64,000 bases of DNA. Origin: Candidatus Woesearchaeota archaeon (GTDB lineage Archaea; Nanobdellota; Nanobdellia; Woesearchaeales; B72-G16). The DNA lies in NCBI GenBank assembly GCA_003650545.1, contig QMQO01000002.1, positions 16,485-80,484 of the forward strand. Direction: 5' to 3'. The translations under genes and the position numbers were made by a program. Of this stretch, positions 47,582-56,896 are shown piece after piece. Each line of letters starts with the position of its first letter. The first letter of the stretch is position 1. The notes beneath the pieces were generated by a model. That model was not told where the DNA came from and did no database searches. It saw nothing but the letters and a program-made list of their open reading frames with translations.

Positions 47582-50251
47582 ATGGCATACGAAATCAAAA
47601 ATAATGAAATCGCTTGGGCTGCTGCTGTTGAGAACATCAACCGAGGATATAGAGTTTTCGGCGTGAGCGAAGATAATGCATTCAAAGTTCTTCCATTTGA
47701 AGGCATGACAATTCATCTTCCTAATGGCGGCCAATGTTGGATTAATGACGAGCGGAGCGTATGGACTGATCATATTCAGGATGATTTCGAAGGTGGAGTG
47801 AGTGATTGGAAAACTGATTCTGATACTACAATAAGTGAAGAGACTAGCATAGTGTATGCTGGCACTAAGGCCATGAAAATAGTCTGGAATCATGATGGTG
47901 TTACTCAATTCAATAATCGTGTGTACAAAGAATATAACTCGGTTGACATTAAATATAGGAATAAACTGATCTTACAGTTTTATCCAGAATCAGCACTTCA
48001 AGATGACCTATATATTAAGTATAAGAATAACAATAGCGAATTCATCCTTACTCAAATACCTGCAGCATCATTAACTCCAGGGCAATGGAATAGGATTCTT
48101 GTTGATTTGCCTGCTAATGATGTCCAAAAAAATAAATTTCAAGCATTAATCTTTGAGTTTGACGGGCTTCAATGGAGTTCTGGAACGCATACATTCTATA
48201 TTGATCTTGTGGAGTTTGACACTCAAATTGACATTCCTGATGCAGATCCTAATGATGAAAGAAAAGACTTGATCGTTGTAGGAGCAGATGGCAAGGTTGA
48301 ATTAATTCAGGGCACACCTCAAAGCCAAAACCCTGTAGAACCACCTGATCTGCCCGTTGATAAACACGCTCTTGCAATCGTGACTGTGCCAGCAGGATTA
48401 ACAACTATCACTTCTGCCCAAATATTTGATACAAGAGTTCCTAATACCTTTGCAGTTAATGCGGACAAAACTAAAAATGAATTAACAGTGATTAAAAGTC
48501 AAATTGTTGATCTTGCACTTGCTGACATAGAACAAAATGCTCTCCTTGGCCTTCCAAGCGACATTCCTTTCAGCAACATGGTTGTTGAGAAATTTTGGGA
48601 TAGAGATGGTTTGAATAACACTGTTGAGACTGTGAATGAAGGAGAAAACATGCATGGTTTCTATGAGGCTATTGACGTGGCAAGAGGGCAAATAAATGTT
48701 AGTGGTTTGCCTGATATATCTGGCCTTGGTGGAACTGGCTGGACTGAGGCTACTTGGAGAACAAGAGCATATTATTGGAGAGGAAAGATCTGGACCTGGA
48801 TGAAGAGAAATTCATCTTACGATGAAATGGGGTGGGGTATAGCAAGCATAAATCCCATAACTGGGGCAAAAATATTTGCTAACATATGGACTGATGATTG
48901 GCAAGCGGATCCCAATGATAATACGCCCAATGGCAGCAGGCAATTTAGTTTCTTTAAAGACAATAGCACAACATGGTGCGCGCATCCTAAAGACTGGTGT
49001 CACGACGAAAACTATTTGTACGTGCCTGTTTATGTAAGCGCCACCCCCATAGGATGGTATAGCAGCCAAGTAGTCATATTAGTTATAGATGAGGATGGGC
49101 ATGTTGTTAGATCAATCCAAGCAGAGGAAACAAACGGGCCGTTTCATGATTGGTATGGGATTCAATCATTTTATTATGATGTGAACCTTAAGGCATTTCT
49201 CTTATGGCATAATGGCAGAAGATATACTGACTGGGGCCATTATTATGTGCCTGTAATGTATGATAAGAATTGGAATGCTATCTTTTCAGGTAATCTGCAA
49301 ACTACGGAATATTACCCATATCTATTTGCGTATCTGCCAGATAATCAGTACCTCTATCAACTTTCATGGAGGCAAGCAAGCGGCAATTATAGAATATACG
49401 CTTACAGGTGGAGAATAGTTAAAGACATTAATGGAAATTTGAATATAACGAATGCTGGCAGCTACACAACAACGAACCATTCCAACACTAATGGTCGGCC
49501 AATTTGGTTCAATCAAACAACTATCTGTAACCAGAAAGACAGGATTTGGATGTGTTACAGAGATAACGAGTACCATATAAGATGTCTGTATATACAAGCA
49601 GGGTATAATGATGATTGGTGGCAAAATTACAATATAGGAGACAATCCTCTTGATAGAGGGATAATAGTAGAGTCAAACGTAGAATCCTCACAAACAAACG
49701 GAATTCCTTTTGTTTCATGGGCTGTGGCATATGGAAGCGATACAGCATTTTATGGATTTGGAGATAAAACGTATAAACTCGAAGGAGGGAAAGCAGTTCC
49801 AGGGGAGGTTGTTGCCGCAGGTTCTTTTGCTGGAAGACGTGGCGTGAGCATCGTCGGAAGAAATTCAGTTACTTTTTGGGACACGACAAATGATGCTTTT
49901 TATATTGCAGACTATTCTAACGCATTGACCGGGAGAGAACAGATTGGCTTTGATATAGTGACAAAGACATTTAATTTTGAGAACACCAAAGGAATCTATG
50001 TAACTGCTAAAGTTGCTGGAAGAGGAACAACAGCCTTATTATCAAAAATCAAGGTTGACATATTAGATTCTCTTGGCAATCCTATAACGGGATTAACTGA
50101 TCTTGCAGTTGACACTTATCATCCCATTCCTGTTGATGCTCAACCGCTTGATCAGTTCAAACTGAGAATCTATTATGTGCCAGATGGTGTTGATAACATA
50201 CTTGCTCAATTCCATGAATATGGCGTTTTTGTGGATAATGAGGTGGCTTAA
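47582..50251 (+). CDS. Tail fibre / receptor-binding protein
   Basis: Carbohydrate-binding-like N-terminal domain, AD....RKDLIV...G....PP..P...LA.V.VPA...I....I.D.R linker and an aromatic-rich beta region. Confidence 0.7.
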   Translation: MAYEIKNNEIAWAAAVENINRGYRVFGVSEDNAFKVLPFEGMTIHLPNGGQCWINDERSVWTDHIQDDFEGGVSDWKTDSDTTISEETSIVYAGTKAMKIVWNHDGVTQFNNRVYKEYNSVDIKYRNKLILQFYPESALQDDLYIKYKNNNSEFILTQIPAASLTPGQWNRILVDLPANDVQKNKFQALIFEFDGLQWSSGTHTFYIDLVEFDTQIDIPDADPNDERKDLIVVGADGKVELIQGTPQSQNPVEPPDLPVDKHALAIVTVPAGLTTITSAQIFDTRVPNTFAVNADKTKNELTVIKSQIVDLALADIEQNALLGLPSDIPFSNMVVEKFWDRDGLNNTVETVNEGENMHGFYEAIDVARGQINVSGLPDISGLGGTGWTEATWRTRAYYWRGKIWTWMKRNSSYDEMGWGIASINPITGAKIFANIWTDDWQADPNDNTPNGSRQFSFFKDNSTTWCAHPKDWCHDENYLYVPVYVSATPIGWYSSQVVILVIDEDGHVVRSIQAEETNGPFHDWYGIQSFYYDVNLKAFLLWHNGRRYTDWGHYYVPVMYDKNWNAIFSGNLQTTEYYPYLFAYLPDNQYLYQLSWRQASGNYRIYAYRWRIVKDINGNLNITNAGSYTTTNHSNTNGRPIWFNQTTICNQKDRIWMCYRDNEYHIRCLYIQAGYNDDWWQNYNIGDNPLDRGIIVESNVESSQTNGIPFVSWAVAYGSDTAFYGFGDKTYKLEGGKAVPGEVVAAGSFAGRRGVSIVGRNSVTFWDTTNDAFYIADYSNALTGREQIGFDIVTKTFNFENTKGIYVTAKVAGRGTTALLSKIKVDILDSLGNPITGLTDLAVDTYHPIPVDAQPLDQFKLRIYYVPDGVDNILAQFHEYGVFVDNEVA

Positions 50252-50252
50252 A

Positions 50253-50408
50253 ATGAGAGTTTATAGAAGAAGACTATCAAAAGCTCAAATGATTCAAGCA
50301 AGAGCCAGACTGGCTGCTCAAAAAGCCGAATACGTTGCAGGCTCAGAAGAAGAAGCAAATTGCCAGGTAATGATTGACCGTTACGACCAATTGATTAACG
50401 CAGCTTAG
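50253..50408 (+). CDS. Small hypothetical protein
   Basis: GAGGTG SD, 51 aa. Confidence 0.5.
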   Translation: MRVYRRRLSKAQMIQARARLAAQKAEYVAGSEEEANCQVMIDRYDQLINAA

Positions 50409-50420
50409 GAGATGTAAAAA

Positions 50421-50936
50421 ATGAAAGAAATAGACGATTTTGATAAAGAATTTGCTATTGAAGGCAGATGGACGGAACGTCAGAAGGAATTAATGTCATC
50501 CTTAATGGATGAAATTATTGTTGTTTTAAAAAAAAGATTTCCTGATGTTGTAGAACAAATCAAATTAGATTATTTTTTCCCAAAGGAAAAGATAGGGATT
50601 AAGTTTAAGACAAAATTTTTAGCAACTAACGAAAAATATCTTGGAGAACTTCAATCTCTTCATCTTTTGAATGCTTTTAAGGAAGAACCTGATGCTACTG
50701 AAAATTTATTGAAAACATTGTTTAACAACCATGCAGTTATGCTCTATGAAGAAACAATTCATTATGTTCTTTCTAAATTGCTTCGTTATCTTGTCAAGAG
50801 AGCCAATGATGAGGATGTGGAGCAGGATGGTTCCTGGATTGCAGAAGGTATGAAGATTATTCCTGTCTTTGAAGTTCCTGAAAACGTGATTATTATGAAT
50901 GCAAACACTTTTGATAAATTTAAAGATAAAAGGTGA
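50421..50936 (+). CDS. Hypothetical protein
   Basis: 171-aa ORF with GGAG SD. Confidence 0.65.
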   Translation: MKEIDDFDKEFAIEGRWTERQKELMSSLMDEIIVVLKKRFPDVVEQIKLDYFFPKEKIGIKFKTKFLATNEKYLGELQSLHLLNAFKEEPDATENLLKTLFNNHAVMLYEETIHYVLSKLLRYLVKRANDEDVEQDGSWIAEGMKIIPVFEVPENVIIMNANTFDKFKDKR

Positions 50937-50941
50937 TGCTA

Positions 50942-51265
50942 ATGAACCAACAAGAACAACTAAATAAAATCAAGGAAATACTTGAAGAGGTTAAGAAAGA
51001 GATAAACACGGAAACCCCTGTGTCAGTTTCTCTTGAGTCTCGCAACAATGGAGGAAGGATTTCTTTTGCGTTGCGAGGAAGGATTTGTTTTGAAGAAGCA
51101 TCAGAGTTCGGCACCTCATTGAGTTCTGCTTTTGAGGAAGAAGATTACGATGCTGTTAAGCAAGAAGTGAGCAGTGCTTATAGGGAATTGATGCAGAACC
51201 TCTTAAGGAAAGTATCTGAGACAGTTGAAACAGGTGATGCAGAAGATGGCGACTCCGAAGCTTAA
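50942..51265 (+). CDS. Acidic hypothetical protein
   Basis: AGGTGA SD. Confidence 0.6.
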   Translation: MNQQEQLNKIKEILEEVKKEINTETPVSVSLESRNNGGRISFALRGRICFEEASEFGTSLSSAFEEEDYDAVKQEVSSAYRELMQNLLRKVSETVETGDAEDGDSEA

Positions 51266-51572
51266 TGGCAAGCATGGAGTGATGATCACAAAGATGTATG
51301 GCCAGATCGGAGTGCTTATCACTGATGTTGCTAATATCAAGGAGTCTCAGAAGGAGCTGAAGGAAGACATTGCTCAAATTCATGAAAGCGTAACCGATCT
51401 TAAGATTAGCGCTAAAGGTTCTGCGGAGAAATTAAGAGCTGTCAGCGCTGCTCTTGATGAGCACAAGAGAGCTCATGAGCGATTGTTTAGCAGGGTCCTT
51501 GGAATCATTGGGATCATCACAACCATTGTTTCGTTGGCAGTTTCAGTCATATTTAATCTTTTCAAACGCTAA
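51246..51572 (+). CDS. Coiled-coil protein with C-terminal TM (XhlA/holin-like)
   Basis: Heptad region followed by VLGIIGIITTIVSLAVSVIF. T-tract after the stop. Confidence 0.55.
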   Translation: MATPKLNGKHGVMITKMYGQIGVLITDVANIKESQKELKEDIAQIHESVTDLKISAKGSAEKLRAVSAALDEHKRAHERLFSRVLGIIGIITTIVSLAVSVIFNLFKR

Positions 51573-51665
51573 TTTTTTGTCAAGTCCAAAAAGGTGCTGA
51601 AGTGCTGAAATAGACGATATTTTGCGTTTCAGAGTTTTTGTATTGCTTGTACTTGACACGCAGAC

Positions 51666-51684
51666 GAAAACTATTTATAAAAGC
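51666..51684 (+). promoter_or_regulatory. BRE/TATA promoter of cdc6
   Basis: CGAAAACTA-TTTATAAA about 25-30 nt upstream of the ATG at 51705. Confidence 0.65.
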
Positions 51685-51704
51685 TGGAGATATTTCTGAT
51701 AAGG

Positions 51705-52757
51705 ATGCCTCTTTTCCGCGATATGCTTCACGCAGATGAATCTCTGCTCAAAAATGAACAAGTGCTTGACTTCGACTATCAACCGAAATTGGTTAAGTAT
51801 AGGGAAAGTCAACAGTTTGCAATAGCTGACTGTATGAAACCCTTGTTCAACAAGCGTGATGGCGATAACGTTCTTGTTTATGGCACATCTGGAATTGGCA
51901 AGACACTTGCTTGCAAGCATATTCTTCAAGAGTTGGAACAAGAAACTGACGCTATAATACCCATTTATGTGAATTGCTGGGAGCACAACACGACATATAA
52001 GATAGCCTTAAACATCTGCGAGCAATTGCAGTATCCTTTCACTCCAAACAAGAAAGGAGTTGAGTTATTCCAAAAGATTGCTGAAAGGCTCAACAAGAAA
52101 AGCGCCGTTTTTGTTTTTGATGAAATTGACAAGGCAGAAGACTTTGATTTCCTATATTTCATCAGCGAGAAAATATTCAGGAATTCCATTGTGCTGATCA
52201 CAAACTTCAAGAGCAAGCTTTTTTCTATGGACAAGAGGCTCAGATCAAGGTTGTTCTTGGAGTTTGTGGAATTCAATAAATACACCTTTGAGGAAACGAG
52301 AGGCATCCTGCAGGAAAGGGTGGATTATGCGTTCTTCAAGGATGTTTGGACAAAAGAGGCATTCGATCTCGCAGTCCAGAAGACATTTGAGATGGGAGAC
52401 ATACGTTGCGGCTTGCTCATCCTTAGGAAGGCCGGAAAATTGGCAGAAAACGAGTCAAGCAGGAGCATTGAGGTGAACCACGTTGAGAAAATCCTTGACA
52501 AAGTTGACAAGTATGCCGTCAAGGGAAGTTCTGACCTAGATGGTGAGACCAGGAACATCCTTCATTTGATAAGGGACAATAGCGGATCAACAATATTTGA
52601 CGTTTTTAAGATGTATCAGAAGAAGAAAGGAAAACTCGTGTACAGGAGTTTTTATAGAAAGGTCAAGCACTTGGAACTCAACAAATACGTGCGCATAAAG
52701 AAAATTTATGGGGGTAAGAAAGGGAACACTTCAATAGTTGAATATTTAGGACTTTAG
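51705..52757 (+). CDS. cdc6: Orc1/Cdc6 replication initiator
   Basis: LDFDYQP....RE, YGTSGIGKT, YVNCW, FDEID, R.RSRL, IL.ERV, GDIR and a C-terminal winged helix. Confidence 0.92.
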   Translation: MPLFRDMLHADESLLKNEQVLDFDYQPKLVKYRESQQFAIADCMKPLFNKRDGDNVLVYGTSGIGKTLACKHILQELEQETDAIIPIYVNCWEHNTTYKIALNICEQLQYPFTPNKKGVELFQKIAERLNKKSAVFVFDEIDKAEDFDFLYFISEKIFRNSIVLITNFKSKLFSMDKRLRSRLFLEFVEFNKYTFEETRGILQERVDYAFFKDVWTKEAFDLAVQKTFEMGDIRCGLLILRKAGKLAENESSRSIEVNHVEKILDKVDKYAVKGSSDLDGETRNILHLIRDNSGSTIFDVFKMYQKKKGKLVYRSFYRKVKHLELNKYVRIKKIYGGKKGNTSIVEYLGL

Positions 52758-53551
52758 GAATCTTCAGTTTCCTGTTCATATTCGTGGCACGGGCATTTCT
52801 CTTTTAATTGCTTACAAAGATAACCTTCATTTTGAGGATAATCTTTAATATCATCGGATTTAGTTTTTTCAAAGACCTTTTTGCATTGTTCTTCTGCGTA
52901 TTTTAGCATAGCGTCATCCACAGAGATTAAATGAAGCCTTTCTTTTAAGAAATAAATACCTACTTTGTCTGGTTTCCTGCCGTATTTTTTTTCGTATAGC
53001 AAAGCATATATTGCCAGCTGTAACTTGTATTCTTTGGTTATCTCAAATTTTGACGAGGTTTTATAATCTATTATTCTAATTTCGCCATTCACGTTTTCAA
53101 TTGCATCTATAAATCCTTTGGTGTCATATTCTTCAAGATAACATTCATCTTCGGTTATAGGTTTGAGTTTATTAAAGGCGCTTTGAAAATTATCGCCTGT
53201 CTGTTCAATGCGTTTTAAGAAATCTTGAAGCCAATGATTCAGCATATCCCAACATTCTTCATAATGTTCTTTGAGTTCTTCTTTAGACATTCTTAATTTT
53301 GCTATCTCATTTTTCTTCCCGTTCCATGCTCTCATAAACATCTTTTTCAAAGTTTTAGCAGCCCAAAACTGATAATTTTTTTCAAATAAGGGAGGTTCTT
53401 CTGAAAAAAAACTTTCTAATGCCTTGTGCACAACATTCCCTTTTATGAATATTATATTAGGACGGGCTTCTCTTTTTTCTTTGTAAATATGATAGTATAA
53501 TCTTGGACATTGATTGTAGATAATTATGCTTGTTGGTGAGTTTCGCGCCAT
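52754..53551 (-). CDS. RecB/AddB-like PD-(D/E)XK nuclease with Cys motifs
   Basis: SP.....Y.QCPR, G..VH..LE, GFID, IIDYKT, QL..YA, C......CP... Confidence 0.85.
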   Translation of the reverse strand: MARNSPTSIIIYNQCPRLYYHIYKEKREARPNIIFIKGNVVHKALESFFSEEPPLFEKNYQFWAAKTLKKMFMRAWNGKKNEIAKLRMSKEELKEHYEECWDMLNHWLQDFLKRIEQTGDNFQSAFNKLKPITEDECYLEEYDTKGFIDAIENVNGEIRIIDYKTSSKFEITKEYKLQLAIYALLYEKKYGRKPDKVGIYFLKERLHLISVDDAMLKYAEEQCKKVFEKTKSDDIKDYPQNEGYLCKQLKEKCPCHEYEQETEDS

Positions 53552-53669
53552 ATCTTTTATTAAACTCTTTTTATTTAAAAAAGTTCTGAAAAATAGTCTA
53601 ATTTCAACTAAAACTGTTTAGTGAAAATCAGGGGAATATTTATAAATGTCCAGTGATTATTAGTAAAGT

Positions 53670-54419
53670 ATGGCAAAGATTGTAATATCTTCACTATTCA
53701 CATACGATCCTTTAGTTTGCGGTTTCCAGTCAGGGAGAGATCTTTCTGAAACAGATTATAACGAATTAAATCCTTCTGAAGAAATCGACTTGGATATTGC
53801 TAGAGCAGTACATCATAGATTAAGCAAGAGAGTTATAAAAGAATTGGTCGATTCAGTTATGCTGTGCGTTATGAAAAAAGAGATTGATAATCTTATTCTG
53901 CTAATGGACAACCGAACAGATCCTCTTCAAGAAGAAGCCCTCAAAATTTTGCAAAGCAGAATAGGGGATAGCGCTCAAATAGAAATAATTCGAGTGAATG
54001 GGAATGATACTTTATCAGTTGCGCGTGAAGTAGTTAATTCAATTGATTCATTTGATCCAAAGACAGATGAAATAAGAATTAACATATCTTCTTTAAAACA
54101 TACAAAAACTCTGGGAATGATTTATGGATCATATGTAAGATCTGAAAAGGTCAAAGAAATAATGTATGTTGAAAAAGAAGACAGAAGAGTTGTTAATATC
54201 CCAAAACTCTCTTTAACTCTAACAAAAAACCAAAGAAAAATTTTGCAATATTTTAAAGATTTAGAATGCGGGAAAATAGAAAAACCTAAGAAAAAGTTGT
54301 ATGACTTATTTAAAGTTGACAAATCCTCTTTCTATTACATAATCAACCTTTTGAAAGACAAAGGGCTCCTTGATGATGGCAATAAATTAACAGATATGGG
54401 GGAAGTTGCTTTATTGTAA
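53670..54419 (+). CDS. CARF-like plus wHTH regulator (Csa3/DUF6293-like)
   Basis: INIS...TK.LG..YG.Y, L..NQ.KIL and a C-terminal L..KGL....KLT..GEVA. TATA TTTATAAA at about 53639. Confidence 0.6.
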   Translation: MAKIVISSLFTYDPLVCGFQSGRDLSETDYNELNPSEEIDLDIARAVHHRLSKRVIKELVDSVMLCVMKKEIDNLILLMDNRTDPLQEEALKILQSRIGDSAQIEIIRVNGNDTLSVAREVVNSIDSFDPKTDEIRINISSLKHTKTLGMIYGSYVRSEKVKEIMYVEKEDRRVVNIPKLSLTLTKNQRKILQYFKDLECGKIEKPKKKLYDLFKVDKSSFYYIINLLKDKGLLDDGNKLTDMGEVALL

Positions 54420-54421
54420 AA

Positions 54422-56896
54422 ATGGAAAAAAACAAAAACTGGGTTGAGGAAAATTTAGAAGATATTGAATGCGTGCTTTGCTGGAGTTCTGACAGCGACA
54501 TCCTCAATCATAATGGAACGCACATAATTTTCCATACAGTTGACAGAACAATACTTTTTCTGGAAGAAGCTCTAATAAATCACGAAAAAAATGGGGTGCT
54601 CGTTTATCCAGTAACCAAAACAGAAGTTACAGTGCCTATGTGTGTGGAAGCTTTATATTCATTGATGAAAAATAAAACTGTAAGAAAAAAAGTTCTTCTT
54701 ATCAGCCAGAATATTGCGGTAAGAGAATTATACTGGCAGCTTAAAGTAAACTATTTGAGACTTAATGAAGTTTTTCCATTGGGAATAATAAAGATGGATG
54801 GAACAGTTAAGCCTCAACTGAAAACATCAGACGTTTCAAGGATCTCTGATGTTCAATGTTCTTTTTTGCATACAAGCAATCCGAAATTCATGCCAAATGA
54901 AGATATTGCTAAAGAAATAGGGTGCATAATTGTTGATGCTGCAGGTTACGATAAAAACTTGCTCAAAGAAATCATAGAATGGTCTGAAAAAAACGGAGTG
55001 CTGTCATTAATCATCCTAGAGAGCAACCCTTACTCTGAAAATTTTGATCTTTTCAAATCTTACGGGATTCCTGTTTGGGGGTGGGATAGCAATAGCCTAA
55101 GCGCTGATTTTGAGAATGATCTTGAAGAGTTAGAAAAAAACCCGCAAAAATATTACAATCCTTTTTCTCTGTCAGTGTTTCATATTCGCAATTGGCTGAA
55201 AGGCATAAAACGAGAATTTATAGAAGTTAAAGATGAGGAAATAACAAACGCCCTTAACGAAGCTTTGCAATTATATTTTGATATAAAAAAGCTTTGCAAA
55301 AATACAAAAAACGAGGCGCTTTCAAGAGCTCTGATTACTTATCTGTCATGCAAATATGCTTTTGAAAGGATGCTTGCGCCTTTAGAAATTACTGAAAATG
55401 AATGCAAAATGACTTTCCTTGCTAAGACGATAGAGAAAAGAATAGAAAATTTAGAATATTGGCAAAACATTCTTTCAACACAAGACCCTTATTTTGGCAG
55501 CTTCTGGGGAAAGACCTACAGTTTAATAAAAGTTTTATATCAAAAATTCATTTCAAGAGGAAATCCTAAATACGAACAAATAAAAAAGATCATCAAAGAA
55601 TCGATAAACAACAACGAAAAAATTTTAATCTTCAATTATAGCGAGCCTTATGCTAGGGCTTTGAAAACCGCTTTAGAAAAAGATTTTGCCTTATCTGATG
55701 AAGAACTTCAAGAAAAAGGAATTTTTATCACAAGCATAAATGAAAGGCATGTTGAAGCGGATTATGATAAATGCATTATTTTTGGCCAAATGCCTTTTCG
55801 GGCTTCTTGGTTATTAAGAACTGCTTGCGCTCATAAAGTTATTTTCTTGGTTTATCCCTCAGAAAAAGCATTATTAAAGTATCAATTTGAGAGCGAAGAA
55901 AAAAAATTCACAGATTCTTTTGGAAGAGGCACCAGGATTAATTTTCTTAAAAGGATATTGAAAAAAGAAGACCTTAAAAGATTGCCCCCGCCTCCAAAGC
56001 CCGGGGCTCAAAACGTTTTCTCTTTAAAGCTCGATGAGAAACAGATTAAGGACGAAGAGAAATTAAAACCTCTCTTGTCTGACATAGAAATAGATGATGA
56101 GCTAATATTAGAAGAAGAAATAGATTTTGAAGATGAAAATGAGCTTGAAGAAACATCAATAAATGAAGAGGGAAAAGTCGTTGTCAAATGTTGTAAGATT
56201 GTTTTGGAAGATGGCGGAGTAATGTACGTCAGACCTTCCCGGAAGATACCAATATTTAAAAACGGAAAAAGGCTGGAGTATGTAAGCGTACAAAAAGCGC
56301 GAGAAGGAGATTTGTTAATAGTGGTCAAAAACAACATAAAGAACAGTTTAGCTCAAGAAATAATAAAAAAAGCGGACAATCACCCCAGCATGCAGAAATT
56401 AAAGTTTCTTGTGAATTCCTGGGTCGTTGCTTTAAGGAAAGGCATGGCAGAGCATAATGACAGCGTTCATAAATTCTTGGAAAAATTGCAAGCAGAACAA
56501 AAGAAAGAGAATTCGCCAGTAATAACTAATTGGCTGACAATACAATTATGGAAAGAAGGATTGGTCATAGGACCTCAAAATTCTAAAAACATTAAATTCA
56601 TAGGAAAGATATACAATCAGCAATATCTTGTGGATCATTATAGGGAAATTGGCGCAGCAATAAGCAGGTTAAGAGGAATACACCATAGGTTGCTGAGAAA
56701 ATTAAATGACATGGTTTTAAGAGCAGGATTAAAAAGCATTAGCGGCTCCATCCAAGATGAATTAATTGACGAAGAATTTAATTTATACGTCGAAGATTTT
56801 GCTGATATAATCTCGATAGAGAAAATAAAATCGATATCCTTGAATGAATCTGCTGAAAGGTCAAAATTAGATAAAATAATGAGGTATGAAAAATGA
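54422..56896 (+). CDS. DISARM DrmE-like protein
   Basis: 824-aa degenerate helicase-like protein with ...GD..L, W...L, W.....IGP and A....RG.H C-terminal features. Directly upstream of drmA-drmB. Confidence 0.65.
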   Translation: MEKNKNWVEENLEDIECVLCWSSDSDILNHNGTHIIFHTVDRTILFLEEALINHEKNGVLVYPVTKTEVTVPMCVEALYSLMKNKTVRKKVLLISQNIAVRELYWQLKVNYLRLNEVFPLGIIKMDGTVKPQLKTSDVSRISDVQCSFLHTSNPKFMPNEDIAKEIGCIIVDAAGYDKNLLKEIIEWSEKNGVLSLIILESNPYSENFDLFKSYGIPVWGWDSNSLSADFENDLEELEKNPQKYYNPFSLSVFHIRNWLKGIKREFIEVKDEEITNALNEALQLYFDIKKLCKNTKNEALSRALITYLSCKYAFERMLAPLEITENECKMTFLAKTIEKRIENLEYWQNILSTQDPYFGSFWGKTYSLIKVLYQKFISRGNPKYEQIKKIIKESINNNEKILIFNYSEPYARALKTALEKDFALSDEELQEKGIFITSINERHVEADYDKCIIFGQMPFRASWLLRTACAHKVIFLVYPSEKALLKYQFESEEKKFTDSFGRGTRINFLKRILKKEDLKRLPPPPKPGAQNVFSLKLDEKQIKDEEKLKPLLSDIEIDDELILEEEIDFEDENELEETSINEEGKVVVKCCKIVLEDGGVMYVRPSRKIPIFKNGKRLEYVSVQKAREGDLLIVVKNNIKNSLAQEIIKKADNHPSMQKLKFLVNSWVVALRKGMAEHNDSVHKFLEKLQAEQKKENSPVITNWLTIQLWKEGLVIGPQNSKNIKFIGKIYNQQYLVDHYREIGAAISRLRGIHHRLLRKLNDMVLRAGLKSISGSIQDELIDEEFNLYVEDFADIISIEKIKSISLNESAERSKLDKIMRYEK

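Larger units (their letters stand above)
19800..52757 (+). mobile_element. Provirus of a tailed archaeal virus (Caudoviricetes, long non-contractile tail); ends not defined
   Basis: Co-oriented replication, packaging, head, tail and lysis-like modules. Visibly higher GC than the cassettes. GGAGG(TGA) SD motifs. No sheath gene. Confidence 0.88.

Noticed and set aside
47582-50251. Diversity-generating retroelement target
   Set aside because: No reverse transcriptase and no template/variable repeat pair seen.
52754-53551. CRISPR-associated Cas4
   Set aside because: It is a generic RecB-like PD-(D/E)XK nuclease, with no cas1/cas2 or array nearby.
53552-53669. attR matching the provirus left end (GAAAAATAGTCT, TTTATAAATGT similarities)
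   Set aside because: Short AT-rich or TATA matches expected by chance; no convincing direct repeat.
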